Source of the DNA: Amphiscolops sp. MND2022
Taxonomy: Eukaryota
Assembly (NCBI GenBank): GCA_964187785.1
Contig: OZ076412.1
Coordinates: forward strand, 15,128,001 to 15,192,000
Reading direction: 5' to 3'
Length of the DNA stretch: 64,000 bases
Positions 63,427 to 64,000 of this stretch are shown in pieces; the stretch's first letter is position 1, and each line of letters starts with the position of its first letter. Position numbers and translations under genes: made by a program. Below the pieces are notes generated by a model. It had not been told where the DNA came from and did not search any database. It saw nothing but the letters and a program-made list of their open reading frames with translations.

Positions 63427-63606
63427 TTTGTGTCTCTGGGAGATTGGGCTACTGTGTCTCTGGGAGATTGGGCTATTGTGTCTCTGGGAGATTGGGCTAC
63501 TGTGTCTCTGGGAGATTGGGCTATTGTGTCTCTGGGAGATTCGGCTACTGTGTCTCTGGGAGATTGGGCTATTGTGTCTCTGGGAGTTTGGGCTATTGTG
63601 ACTTTG
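63427..63606 (+). repeat. 24-bp minisatellite, ~7.5 copies
   Basis: A(C/T)TGTGTCTCTGGGAGATTGGGCT units. Confidence 0.95.
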
Positions 63607-63635
63607 GGAACTGAGTTCAATCAAGAAGAGAAGAA

Positions 63636-64000
63636 ATGGCTCAACCAAAACGGTTTGATATCAACAAAGTTGAAAACTTTCTGAAGAACTCTGCAGACGC
63701 GGCCCAAATTGTGAGTCATTGGAATGCAGCTTGCGAGCACGGCAAGACGATCAGAGCAATTGATGAAAACCTAGCTAGGAATGATGACAACAAACAGATA
63801 GCAGAGCTACTGTTACGACGAATAGATGTCATAAACAGGCGAGAACGACTCTTTAAGGCAATCCAAAATGCAATCAAAATCAAGTACCAACCCCAGATAC
63901 CCGAAATGTTCTCAACAGTGATCCAAGCGATGAAGAGCCGATTTGTTGAGTTGCAGCGACAAGACTCTAACACTGGAAGGGTGATAATACTGATGTCAGC
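63636..64000 (+). CDS. Partial ORF (>=121 codons), probable gag of the terminal LTR element
   Basis: MAQPKRFDINKVENFLKNSADAAQIVSHWNAAC...GRVIILMS, open to the window end. Absent from the ORF track because it has no stop. Product inferred from position only. Confidence 0.55.
   Translation, partial: MAQPKRFDINKVENFLKNSADAAQIVSHWNAACEHGKTIRAIDENLARNDDNKQIAELLLRRIDVINRRERLFKAIQNAIKIKYQPQIPEMFSTVIQAMKSRFVELQRQDSNTGRVIILMS

Larger units (their letters stand above)
62869..64000 (+). mobile_element. 5' end of a second LTR retrotransposon (LTR end 63278, PBS, leader, gag-like ORF running off the window)
   Basis: ...GTTACA then TGGTCCGCCGACCCGGAC at 63281. The LTR start is a guess (TGTAAA at 62869). 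The partner LTR would lie outside the window. Confidence 0.65.

Noticed and set aside
63427-63606. Repeat proteins (ORFs 63240, 63274, 63280, 63413)
   Set aside because: A 24-bp unit keeps several frames open on both strands by arithmetic; there is no independent coding evidence.

Overview
AT-rich, repeat-dense eukaryotic (animal) genomic DNA, not prokaryotic. The repeat families resemble ones I recall from acoel flatworm assemblies, but I cannot verify this. Three spliced host genes lie on the - strand: a Rab39-like GTPase (25288-22124, 3 exons), ANKRD39 (47012-42208, 3 exons) and CCDC90B/MCUR1 (61780-48051, 3 exons). The rest is mostly transposon-derived: a decayed CR1/L2-group LINE, a full-length BEL/Pao LTR retrotransposon (5-bp TSD, frameshifted gag-pol, extra upstream ORF), the 5' end of a second LTR element, a 4.8-kb tandem duplication and several MITEs. 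Two non-autonomous families have DINE-1/HINE (Helentron-type) terminal architecture. The most interesting element is a decayed ~7-kb Helitron-like (HLE2/Helentron-type) reading frame in intron 1 of CCDC90B. It encodes a long Cys-rich region, HUH-Rep, a PIF1 helicase and a C-terminal SLX1-type GIY-YIG nuclease where Helentrons normally carry an AP endonuclease. All coordinates and translations were read by hand; no database search was run.
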